Assembly (NCBI GenBank): GCA_963772725.1 | Contig: CAVYYI010000002.1 | Location: 352,001 to 416,000 of the forward strand | Length of the DNA stretch: 64,000 nt | Direction of reading: 5' to 3' | Origin: an uncultured Phycisphaerales bacterium | GTDB lineage: Bacteria; Planctomycetota; Phycisphaerae; Sedimentisphaerales; Anaerobacaceae | Part shown: one piece after another, positions 55,972 through 64,000 of the stretch | Layout: every line of letters starts with the position of its first letter | Numbering within the stretch: the stretch's first letter is position 1 | Notes under the pieces: generated by a model | Database searches by the model: none | The model's input: the letters and a program-made list of their open reading frames with translations, nothing else | Told to the model about the DNA's origin: nothing | Position numbers and translations under genes: made by a program

Positions 55972-56421
55972 ATGGCGAAGAAACTGAAGAAAAATGGCAA
56001 ATTCAGGAGAGACCGGAATAAGCTAAAATATGAGGCTTTCGTGGCTTGGATAGCCATGCCGAAGCCGCTCCGTGAGCCGAAAACCCAAAGGGAATTCGCT
56101 GAAAAATACGGAGTGGATGTCGGGACACTTACCGATTGGAAAAATAACCCACAATTCTGGCAGGCCGTCCACAGAGAGCATCAAGGGTGGGGAAAAGAAA
56201 AAACTGGTAACGTAATAGCGAAAATGTATCAGAATGTCATGAAAAGTAATCGGCCTGAAGACGTCCGAATATGGATAGAATACTTTGAGGGCTTCGCTGA
56301 CAAGATAAACCTGTCCGGTTCACTGGCTGTCGATAACCCACTGTCAAAACTCACAGACACGCAGTTAGGTGATTATATCCGGAAGCGGGCGAAGATTCTG
56401 AAGATATTCAAAGAGATATAA
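55972..56421 (+). CDS. Phage-type HTH protein (terminase small subunit-like)
   Basis: PKTQREFAEKYGVDVGTLTDWKNNPQF and a C-terminal KLTDTQL helix. Confidence 0.55.
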   Translation: MAKKLKKNGKFRRDRNKLKYEAFVAWIAMPKPLREPKTQREFAEKYGVDVGTLTDWKNNPQFWQAVHREHQGWGKEKTGNVIAKMYQNVMKSNRPEDVRIWIEYFEGFADKINLSGSLAVDNPLSKLTDTQLGDYIRKRAKILKIFKEI

Positions 56422-56660
56422 AGCTAAAACGTAGTTACTCCGGTATCCGTACCCAAGCCAAGCGGATTCTATATCAATACAGTTCCCATTGCTCTTGCTT
56501 TCATCAGGACGATAAACTATCAAAGGTAGATGGGCGAGGAGGGGATATCTTGCCATGATAAGGACTTTGGGGCTGGGGGGAAGGAAGGTATTGCGTTTGA
56601 TGGTTTATGTCATTCGACTAAATACCTCATAGCGCTGTCATATTAGGCAGTAGGAGTATG

Positions 56661-57353
56661 TCATTTTTCCTTGTTGCGAACCGCATTATAAGCCTCGGCC
56701 ATCTTCTCAGTCGATGGCTGTAAATACACTGAAGTCGTCTTTAAATTTTTATGCCCGATTTGTCTTTGGACAACTGGCAAGGGTATGCCTTTGTCGACCA
56801 CGTAGACCATGCAGTGAGTGTGCCTCAATGAGTGCGGCGTAAACATTTTCAGATTTCTGCCTAAACTATCCTTGCCATAGACCTGTTGTAAGCCGGCTTT
56901 AGTAACATAATGCTGAAATATCTGCCTGATTCTGTTTGGTGTATATGGCTTATTCCAACGTCTTCCGGGGTGAAATAGGTATGCCTCCGGTATTCTTACT
57001 CTATCCTTTCGCTTACTCATCAATCCTTTCTGTTTTAACATGCTCATAATTTCATTGGTCAAACCTTTGGGTAGATAGCTTATCCTGGCATGTTTTGTCT
57101 TTGTGTTTTCAACAGGAAAGAAAACAGTGCTTCTGCTGAAGTTTAAATGTTTAACCTGAATCTTTACAAATTCTCCGACTCGGCAGCCAAGTTCATAGAT
57201 TATCTCAAACATCAGCTTGTGTTTATAGTTGTCAATACTGTCAAAAAATTGGGCGAGTTCCTGCGAATTGAGATACCTGATGATTTCTCCGAAACGTTCA
57301 TATTTCTTCGATGTTTTCTTTTTTCCAGTTGTAGGAATTGTTTGGTCTTCCAT
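56661..57353 (-). CDS. Short tyrosine recombinase (catalytic domain only)
   Basis: GCRVGE, KTK, HSLRH, GHKNLKTTSVY. Confidence 0.9.
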   Translation of the reverse strand: MEDQTIPTTGKKKTSKKYERFGEIIRYLNSQELAQFFDSIDNYKHKLMFEIIYELGCRVGEFVKIQVKHLNFSRSTVFFPVENTKTKHARISYLPKGLTNEIMSMLKQKGLMSKRKDRVRIPEAYLFHPGRRWNKPYTPNRIRQIFQHYVTKAGLQQVYGKDSLGRNLKMFTPHSLRHTHCMVYVVDKGIPLPVVQRQIGHKNLKTTSVYLQPSTEKMAEAYNAVRNKEK

Positions 57354-57954
57354 CTTTTTCCCACAAATGTGAAATCTCGTGAGTTTATAAATCTTCTTCT
57401 CGGACCCTGATGACCGAAAAGTTTATAAACTTCAAAATCTTAATAGATCCGAAGGTTACAAAAATTCAAAGCTCACAAAACCAGTTAAATCCTGATAAAT
57501 GCTTATACACTAAAAAAGCTTAACCAGGAAACAAACCGGTTTTTTAAAAACTTGAATTTTTACAAAACTTTAAAATCGGCTTATTACGTCTGGAAGCAAG
57601 GTATTTCAGGCAGATTAGCCGTTTAAAGACATAATCCCGCAGAAGGATTTCTTAGCTGTTGCTTTCTAAAATTATATTTTCTTGGCAAGTATAATACGAC
57701 TCCGAAAAATTATTTCTCATCTCATTATTTCCCCGCAGAATCTCATTTGCCGACGGCATTTCCCGCTGATGCTGATTATTAAACAACGGCCTCGTATCAG
57801 GTCTGCTTTATTAAATCGCTCCTCTAAAGAGTCGCCTTTAAAGCGCCTTCACTTGGCCTTGTGTATACTGCATCAGCAAAAAGGTTATAAACTTCCATCT
57901 ATTAGTACGATCGTACTGATTGGTATTAACCAATCGATAAGGAATAACCGGAAC

Positions 57955-58233
57955 ATGTCAAATAAACCAGAACAAGTCTTCAAGGTAGGTGCTGTCAGAG
58001 CAGCTGTCTTTAGAAACACAATTGAAAAGGCAGGCAAATCAATTCCGCTGCCCAAGGTTGTTATCGAGGTAAGGTACAAGGATAAAACCGGCCAATGGAA
58101 CGGAACCAATAGCCTGAGTATAAATGACCTTCCTAAGGCCATATTAGCACTGCAGAAGGCTTATGAGTACCTTATGGAGCATAAAGACTCAGTGCAGCCC
58201 GGAAATAGCTTTACGCATGAAGAACTCGATTAG
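57955..58233 (+). CDS. Small putative ssDNA-binding protein
   Basis: KPEQVFKVGAVRAAVFRN..RYKDKTGQWNGTNSL..DLPKA. Confidence 0.55.
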   Translation: MSNKPEQVFKVGAVRAAVFRNTIEKAGKSIPLPKVVIEVRYKDKTGQWNGTNSLSINDLPKAILALQKAYEYLMEHKDSVQPGNSFTHEELD

Positions 58234-58338
58234 AGCTGCTCTAACAACATAATTAGAAAATCAATTCGTTTAATTTAGATGTTCATGTCTTATAGTTTGA
58301 AACAAACACATTTCCAACAATTTTTTAGGAGAATTTTT

Positions 58339-58770
58339 ATGCAAAACGAAAATGAAAGAATATCACAATTTATCAATCTTGTTGCGCCGTTTGTCTGTGT
58401 TATTGTAAGTACAATGATACGAATACTTGGCTGCCAGTTGAGTCATCGCAAAAGCGGTATAAATACTGTCTTTACCATAAAGGCAGGTGATAAAGAAATT
58501 GAGCTTTACCTGCAAAATCTGCTCTTTGAGATAGTTACAGTCGATAGAGACGCAAAGCCGCTTGTCTTTGATGAAAAAATTCTGGAACCCGAAATCTTTC
58601 TGGATAAAACCTTTGGAATTGTGGCGAGCAAATTAAAGGTGCTTTTGTATCTTCTCTCGGAAGAGGATGCCGAATCTGCCATTAACAAAATTACTCAGGA
58701 TTCAAAAAACTATGAGCGTATTCGAATTATACGCTTTGATCGCAATCCTCAAAGGCAGGATAATCAGTAA
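58339..58770 (+). CDS. Hypothetical protein
   Basis: AGGAG RBS; open frame. Confidence 0.65.
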   Translation: MQNENERISQFINLVAPFVCVIVSTMIRILGCQLSHRKSGINTVFTIKAGDKEIELYLQNLLFEIVTVDRDAKPLVFDEKILEPEIFLDKTFGIVASKLKVLLYLLSEEDAESAINKITQDSKNYERIRIIRFDRNPQRQDNQ

Positions 58771-58876
58771 GTAACAACAATTCAATTTCTAATAGTCAAA
58801 GCACATTTGTCAACGTCTGCAGGTGTGCTTTTATTTTTTAATCACAATTTTTATTTGGGAAAGGCAAGGTGAAATT

Positions 58877-59803
58877 ATGGCATGGCGACCGAATGAACAA
58901 TTTATTGAAGGTGAATTGGATAACACAGTCCCTGGTAAAGTGACCGGCTGGATGAAGTTCGCAGGTATGGATGAAAATGTTGTATTTGATTTGGATGGTG
59001 ACTTTCATAGAGACATCCGCGGATCGAAAATCAGACTTCAAGGTAATGGAGAATCTGCAAATCCTGAAGAATCGGCAAAATACCTGGATGGCTTTTCAAA
59101 ACTTCAAAAAGGCAATGTCGGTGATATGACTGCAGGAAGAGAGCCGGCAGATTATATCAAAGGTTATGTGTATCTGGAGTGGTACAGCGAGGATAATGGC
59201 AGGGTTGTTATTGAACTTGAGCCGGATCAGGTGGAGATTTTAACACCGCCGATACCTGCCTGTGAGTCGGACCCTGTCAATAGAAAACAGCAGGCTGAAA
59301 ATATGGCTAAGTTCCTGTGCGGTATAGCGGCAGCATGCGGCATCCCGGAAGATCATGCTATAACAACGGCGGATACAGGAGCTGTTGAGCGGGCAAAAAA
59401 AGTTTTAGCCAATGACAAAATAAGGGGTATGAAACTTTTGCCGAAAGAGATCCGCGAACAACTGCCACCGCTTTATTCTCAGGACGGCAAAGGTGGTAAG
59501 GCTGTTGTTTATGCAAAATTCTTCACCCCGGATTCAAACTGGACGTGGTATGTACTTTGTGGAGAGCCTGTTTTAGACGATAGAAAAGAAGTCGATTTCA
59601 GGTTTTTTGGTCTTGTTGACGGCCTTGAGAAAGAGCTTGGCTATTTTATGCTCAGTGAGCTTGAAGAAGTAAGAGGGCCGATGGGACTGCCTATTGAGCG
59701 TGACCTGTTCTGGAAGCCAAAGACACTTGCTGAAATCGCACCAGAGATGTTCAACGATAGCAACTTCGACGAGCTTAATCAAGCTGAGAATGGGGGTGAT
59801 TAG
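58877..59803 (+). CDS. Two-domain protein with C-terminal DUF2958-like domain
   Basis: LPPLYSQ..KFFTPDSNWTWY..FFGLVDGLEKELGYFMLSELE..IERDLFWKPKTL. Confidence 0.75.
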   Translation: MAWRPNEQFIEGELDNTVPGKVTGWMKFAGMDENVVFDLDGDFHRDIRGSKIRLQGNGESANPEESAKYLDGFSKLQKGNVGDMTAGREPADYIKGYVYLEWYSEDNGRVVIELEPDQVEILTPPIPACESDPVNRKQQAENMAKFLCGIAAACGIPEDHAITTADTGAVERAKKVLANDKIRGMKLLPKEIREQLPPLYSQDGKGGKAVVYAKFFTPDSNWTWYVLCGEPVLDDRKEVDFRFFGLVDGLEKELGYFMLSELEEVRGPMGLPIERDLFWKPKTLAEIAPEMFNDSNFDELNQAENGGD

Positions 59804-59804
59804 T

Positions 59805-60257
59805 ATGTTTACAGATGTTCAGTTTATGACCGCCAAGGAAAAACAGCTTGTGCTAAAGAGCTGGGAGACATTTTTACAGCATGGCCTCAAAAAGGAGCAT
59901 TTTACCAAACGTCTCTATGACCATCTGCGCCTGCATTGCGGGTTCATAGCACATTTTAACATACACGGCTTTTACTCAACATACTTTGAGGCAGGCCAGG
60001 ATACGGAAAGGTTTTTCGAGCATTTCTGTCACTACTCAGCCCTGAATTATGGTGCCAATATCGACTATGACGACCTCAATACCGCGATGCGAAAGGTCTA
60101 TAGTCAGTATAAAGACGCAATAGCTGTGCAGGCTGAAAATGACATTGATAACAGGATTAACTCACTTGAAAGCTGCGTAAAGCGTGCCAAAGCTGATAGA
60201 GTTTTTGCAAAGCAGCTGCTCGACAAAGTAAAGATTCAGGAAAGGGGCTTATTATGA
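59805..60257 (+). CDS. Hypothetical protein
   Basis: Starts just after the upstream stop; FTKRLYDHLRLHCGFIAHFN. Confidence 0.7.
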   Translation: MFTDVQFMTAKEKQLVLKSWETFLQHGLKKEHFTKRLYDHLRLHCGFIAHFNIHGFYSTYFEAGQDTERFFEHFCHYSALNYGANIDYDDLNTAMRKVYSQYKDAIAVQAENDIDNRINSLESCVKRAKADRVFAKQLLDKVKIQERGLL

Positions 60258-60685
60258 AACTGTATGAAGTAAGAACAACCGAGTATAACGGCGAGCAGGA
60301 GTATTCATTCAGCCATTTACTTACTGCCAGAGATTTAAACCATGCAAAGAAAATCGCAAGGAAGTATTTTGAGCACTGGTATCAGGATGATGAATCAAGA
60401 CACTCAACACAAGATCCGGACAGCTTTGAATTTATAGATGGCAGTATAATCCTTCGGATTAAAGGCGTTTCTGAAACAACTCTGGAAAATTGGCTCAATG
60501 AACAGATTGAACTTTACAGGGTTACTAAACTGCCCAAAGACAAAACACCATGCAGAAAGTGCACAAGGTTAATAAAAGCCTGCGAATATATACTTCATTG
60601 TCTTGACGTCGGCGGTGAGCGGTCAAGACAGTTCGCAGATGAGATTACATACTTAAAGACAATTTTGAAGGAGGTCCGCAAATGA
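60254..60685 (+). CDS. Hypothetical protein
   Basis: ATGA overlap and RBS. Confidence 0.7.
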   Translation: MKLYEVRTTEYNGEQEYSFSHLLTARDLNHAKKIARKYFEHWYQDDESRHSTQDPDSFEFIDGSIILRIKGVSETTLENWLNEQIELYRVTKLPKDKTPCRKCTRLIKACEYILHCLDVGGERSRQFADEITYLKTILKEVRK

Positions 60686-61434
60686 TTTACAAAGTCTGGA
60701 TACAAATTGAGCAAATCGATGAAAGTAGAGACCATTATGTAAATATTGGCCTGCCGTATCAAGCCGGTGTGTTTGATACTGAAACCGAAGCGGCAAATTT
60801 CATTGAAAACGAATTGCTGGCAGGCATTCCCGATGAAAGCAGCTGTAGTGGAAGGCATTGTAAAAACAACCTTGCCAAAACGAAGATGTTAAAAACCACA
60901 ACTATCAAAGAACAGTGTCCTGATTGTACTCCTGTCGAGATAAAGGTAAATATCTTATCTGAGGGCGGTAAAATCTGGATACAGCCACAGGGCTATGGAG
61001 AAAAATGTGCTTTAGATGGCCACGGATGGCCTGTCGGTATCGAGGTTTGGCAGGGAAGTCTTAGATTAATAATCTTTGATAATATTAACAGCGAAGAACC
61101 GAGGATTATAGGCCTTGAGAAAGCCAGAGAATCCTGCCGGTGTAACTGCATGGATTATTGTAAAGCGGCGGAATACCTCGCAGGACAGGGACGTAAGTTT
61201 TTTACAGGTCCCATGAAGGGAGGGCTTTGGAATGCCCGATGTCTGGATGCCTGCATAATGTCAAAAAAACAAGATGACAAAGCGGCATATGAGTTTTTAC
61301 TTGGTTTCGGTGATAAGTACATCCGGGATTTGCCTGAAGATAAGAAGCTGCAATGGCAAATGATTAAAGACGCCTCTGCGGCGCTGTTAAAACCTGCTCA
61401 ATCCATCGGTAATACAAATCAAAGTAAACAGTAA
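60682..61434 (+). CDS. Hypothetical Cys-rich, possibly multi-module protein
   Basis: GGAGG RBS and ATGA overlap. Confidence 0.7.
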   Translation: MIYKVWIQIEQIDESRDHYVNIGLPYQAGVFDTETEAANFIENELLAGIPDESSCSGRHCKNNLAKTKMLKTTTIKEQCPDCTPVEIKVNILSEGGKIWIQPQGYGEKCALDGHGWPVGIEVWQGSLRLIIFDNINSEEPRIIGLEKARESCRCNCMDYCKAAEYLAGQGRKFFTGPMKGGLWNARCLDACIMSKKQDDKAAYEFLLGFGDKYIRDLPEDKKLQWQMIKDASAALLKPAQSIGNTNQSKQ

Positions 61435-61617
61435 CACGTCAAGTAACTGATTCAACAAGGCGCTATTTGATTAGTGCCGCAAACACATCATTAAAATTCA
61501 AAAAGAAAGGAAAAATTATGTTTCATCCTAAACACTATGGACTCAGTCCGCCAGGACATATTTTAACGTAAAAAACAAGAACCAATAATAACTTAAATTA
61601 ACAGAAGGAGATTTACA

Positions 61618-62031
61618 ATGGCTACAGAAAATACAAAGATAAGAACGGCGTACAGGCAGGGTGAATTGCTGTTTGTACCGGTCGATCCTGTTGAGCTTAA
61701 GGCTCTGGAATATGACGAAAATGAGCAAAAGTATCCCTCGTGGAAAAAACTCGGCAGTAATGTGATCAGAGAAGGTGAAGCTACAGGCCACAAGCACGAG
61801 GTTATTACACAGGCACCTGGCGTTGCAGCTATCCTTGCCCCTGCAAATCAGTTTATAAGAGGATTGGCTGATATGGCTGCTATAGGAAGTGAAGACAGGA
61901 TGCTAATCGCGCAAAAACCGGTAGAGATAGTTCATCCTGAACATAGACCACTGAACCTTCCTGAGGGCAGTTACCTTATCATTATCCAGCGTGAGTACGA
62001 TGAGGTAAAGGCCCGGCGTATCATTGATTGA
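61618..62031 (+). CDS. Small His-rich putative metal-binding protein of the type that accompanies DUF6745 genes
   Basis: YRQGE..EGEATGHKH..HPEH..LPEGSY..QREYD. Confidence 0.7.
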   Translation: MATENTKIRTAYRQGELLFVPVDPVELKALEYDENEQKYPSWKKLGSNVIREGEATGHKHEVITQAPGVAAILAPANQFIRGLADMAAIGSEDRMLIAQKPVEIVHPEHRPLNLPEGSYLIIIQREYDEVKARRIID

Positions 62032-62053
62032 TTCAAAAAGGAGGTGAAGATTT

Positions 62054-63112
62054 ATGTATCTCGTATCGAAATATGCAGGTTACGGCAGAGGCCTTTGGTT
62101 CAGTGTAGACGACGGCAGCGCGGTTATCAAATTAAAACACCAGGAGATATATCTTAAGGTTCAACATGGCCAGATTATCCAGCAGACTACCACAGTAAAA
62201 GATAGTTCTACAACCTTGAAATACGGCAAAGAGCGCACAATTAAGGATTCCGGAAGGATTATCAAGCAGGAGTTCTTTGAGCCTGGAACTTTACAGGCCA
62301 TTAAAAGGGGTGGTCTTTACAAGAAAGAGATGGATATACCTTTTTGCGGAACCAAAGGGACAGTAAAGTGTTTTTCAACCTTAAGCGGCGCACGAGGCAA
62401 GGAAATCTTCAGGTATGACAACCAAGTAGAGGCCTATAAGGCGGCTATATGGCGAAAAAAGTTCATCTTAAGAAGGCCAAACGGCAGGTTATGGGCACAA
62501 GTTCATGGCAAGGTGTTTTTAAACTACCTTTCCATTGCAGAAAGATTGAACCTTAAAGAAAGTGACCTTGGCTTATTTGGTATTGTGCGGCAAAGTAAAT
62601 GGAGTTTGACTGTCTATGACACAGATGGTGTAAAGGTTATTACCCAGGGCAACGTCAAAGACCGCCAGAAGCAGGGTAAATGGCTCGAGCGCGGCAGGAT
62701 AGTTTATTACCTCTCAGGAGTGCGTGTCAGTCCCGGGCTTTATGAAGAATCCCCTGATAAATGGAACGCCTATGAGGTATTAAAAATTCCCAATGCCCAA
62801 CTCAGGTGCAGCCTTTTAACTAAAATGGGTTATGACAAGCTGATTGAGAAGATAAAGCCCAAAGTAATAGAAACCTCTGCTGACGGTGGAGAACTTCTGG
62901 AGATTAATACTCATACTTCTGACAGGGATGATAGGGGAATAGACAATATTATGAGGATGATAAAGGTCATCTGTCCATCTACAGGACAAAAGTATATATT
63001 AAGAGTACCGCCGGACATAAACAGTTTTGAGCAGGCAAGACAGTGGGGCTTTGGATTTAGGCAGGAGGGCCTTGAAGCCGGTGCCCGCTTTAACCTTGTT
63101 AAAGAGACGTAA
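62054..63112 (+). CDS. Protein with DUF6745-like C-terminal domain
   Basis: NAQLR..MGYD..KVICPSTGQKYILRVPP..EQARQWGFG. Confidence 0.65.
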   Translation: MYLVSKYAGYGRGLWFSVDDGSAVIKLKHQEIYLKVQHGQIIQQTTTVKDSSTTLKYGKERTIKDSGRIIKQEFFEPGTLQAIKRGGLYKKEMDIPFCGTKGTVKCFSTLSGARGKEIFRYDNQVEAYKAAIWRKKFILRRPNGRLWAQVHGKVFLNYLSIAERLNLKESDLGLFGIVRQSKWSLTVYDTDGVKVITQGNVKDRQKQGKWLERGRIVYYLSGVRVSPGLYEESPDKWNAYEVLKIPNAQLRCSLLTKMGYDKLIEKIKPKVIETSADGGELLEINTHTSDRDDRGIDNIMRMIKVICPSTGQKYILRVPPDINSFEQARQWGFGFRQEGLEAGARFNLVKET

Positions 63113-63285
63113 AAAGTTTTAGCCATATCACATTTGAAACAAGCCAACTTACCGGAAAGGAAAATCATTATGCAAAATAAGAGATTCTGCGCCCGCAGTC
63201 CGCCTTGGATAAGGCTTTATGCAGGAAATTGTGTTTAACGTAAAAAAGAAAATATCAACCTAATTAACATTGAAAGGAATTTAAG

Positions 63286-63510
63286 ATGAAAATACTATGG
63301 ATAAATAACGATGGTGCAGGTTACGCAGATTACATCGACATTGCCGAGAACACAACAGTCGAGCAGTTTTTCAAAATCAAGATGTCAGGCAAAGAGGCGA
63401 GTGACTTTATGATTCGCGTTAATCGCCAGCCTGTGGCAAAGGACTATATCCTCCAGGAAGGAGACAGGATAACAATAACGCCAACCAAAGTTGAAGGGGC
63501 ATATATTTAA
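63286..63510 (+). CDS. Ubiquitin-like (ThiS/MoaD-fold) protein
   Basis: 74 aa; IRVNRQPV..ILQEGDRITITPTKVEGAYI. Confidence 0.8.
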   Translation: MKILWINNDGAGYADYIDIAENTTVEQFFKIKMSGKEASDFMIRVNRQPVAKDYILQEGDRITITPTKVEGAYI

Positions 63511-63533
63511 GCTCCAAGACATCTATTAAACAG

Positions 63534-63573
63534 GGCATCTGTTTGTCTTTACGTCAGGCAGATGCCTTTTTTT
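63534..63573 (+). terminator. Terminator-like hairpin between the Ubl gene and the next gene
   Basis: GGCATCTG..CAGATGCC followed by T7. Confidence 0.6.
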
Positions 63574-63587
63574 GAAAGGGATTTTGT

Positions 63588-64000
63588 ATGAAAGATATAA
63601 AAAACTTAATCAGTATTGCAAACTGTCTTACACAGGCGCTATTGGAATCGCGGAATTGTCGATATATTGAATTATTGAACCAGCTTACTCCTGCCTCTGA
63701 TAAGCTCAATGAGATAGTCAATGAATCGCGAAAGCTTGCCTTATCCTTATCACACAACTGGTCTTGTGCCGCTGATTACTGCTGCAGCAGCATTAGCAGG
63801 TTAACTAATGACATTTCGTATTACATCTCGAGGTTAAAATTATTTGCCGAGAAACCCTGCGAAGATATTCCAACTTTGGCTGCTATTGTTGAAGATTTAA
63901 AGCAATTGGAGCATGAATTCGGCAAGTTTGATTTTGATAAGAAGGAACAGACGCTCTCTGTTATTACTGGGCCTGTAACATTAGAGGATATTTATCTCGG
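63588..64000 (+). CDS. Partial ORF, probable prokaryotic E2-like partner of the Ubl
   Basis: GAAAGG RBS; open to the window end, finishing LSVITGPVTLEDIYL; E2 call rests on recalled planctomycete Ubl operons. Confidence 0.5.
   Translation, partial: MKDIKNLISIANCLTQALLESRNCRYIELLNQLTPASDKLNEIVNESRKLALSLSHNWSCAADYCCSSISRLTNDISYYISRLKLFAEKPCEDIPTLAAIVEDLKQLEHEFGKFDFDKKEQTLSVITGPVTLEDIYL

Noticed and set aside
55972..64000. Intact prophage
   Set aside because: No large terminase, portal, capsid or tail genes are recognisable within the window.

Overview
Bacterial chromosomal window, probably from a planctomycete (Phycisphaerae-like; inferred from gene and repeat style, not proven). Many single-base frameshifts in otherwise conserved genes look like long-read errors. 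1-23 kb: ECF sigma/anti-sigma pair, MNT-HEPN toxin-antitoxin pair, a CoA-dehydratase-activator-like gene, glycogen phosphorylase plus a GT3-like glycogen synthase, a PAS protein split by IS982, an array of small genes behind a repeated promoter module, an IS3 element, and a kdgK/dinD chimera. 23.9-37 kb: tRNA-Lys(CTT) followed by a chemosensory cluster with a hybrid kinase and a REC-GGDEF-HD-GYP enzyme. 39-42 kb: ribF, accB, accC. 42-46.6 kb: IS5, an AbiE-like pair in reversed order and stacked attachment-site remnants, including a tRNA-Val(GAC) 3' fragment that probably marks the left end of a genomic island running off the window. The island carries clpP, IS21, a catalytically inactive long-B prokaryotic Argonaute coupled to a PD-(D/E)xK nuclease, a short tyrosine recombinase, a run of small mobile-element genes and the start of a ubiquitin-like/E2-like operon. 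The nuclease gene is split by an IS with an 8-bp target duplication and rejoins in frame to 343 aa. All family assignments are from motif recognition by eye; no searches were run.
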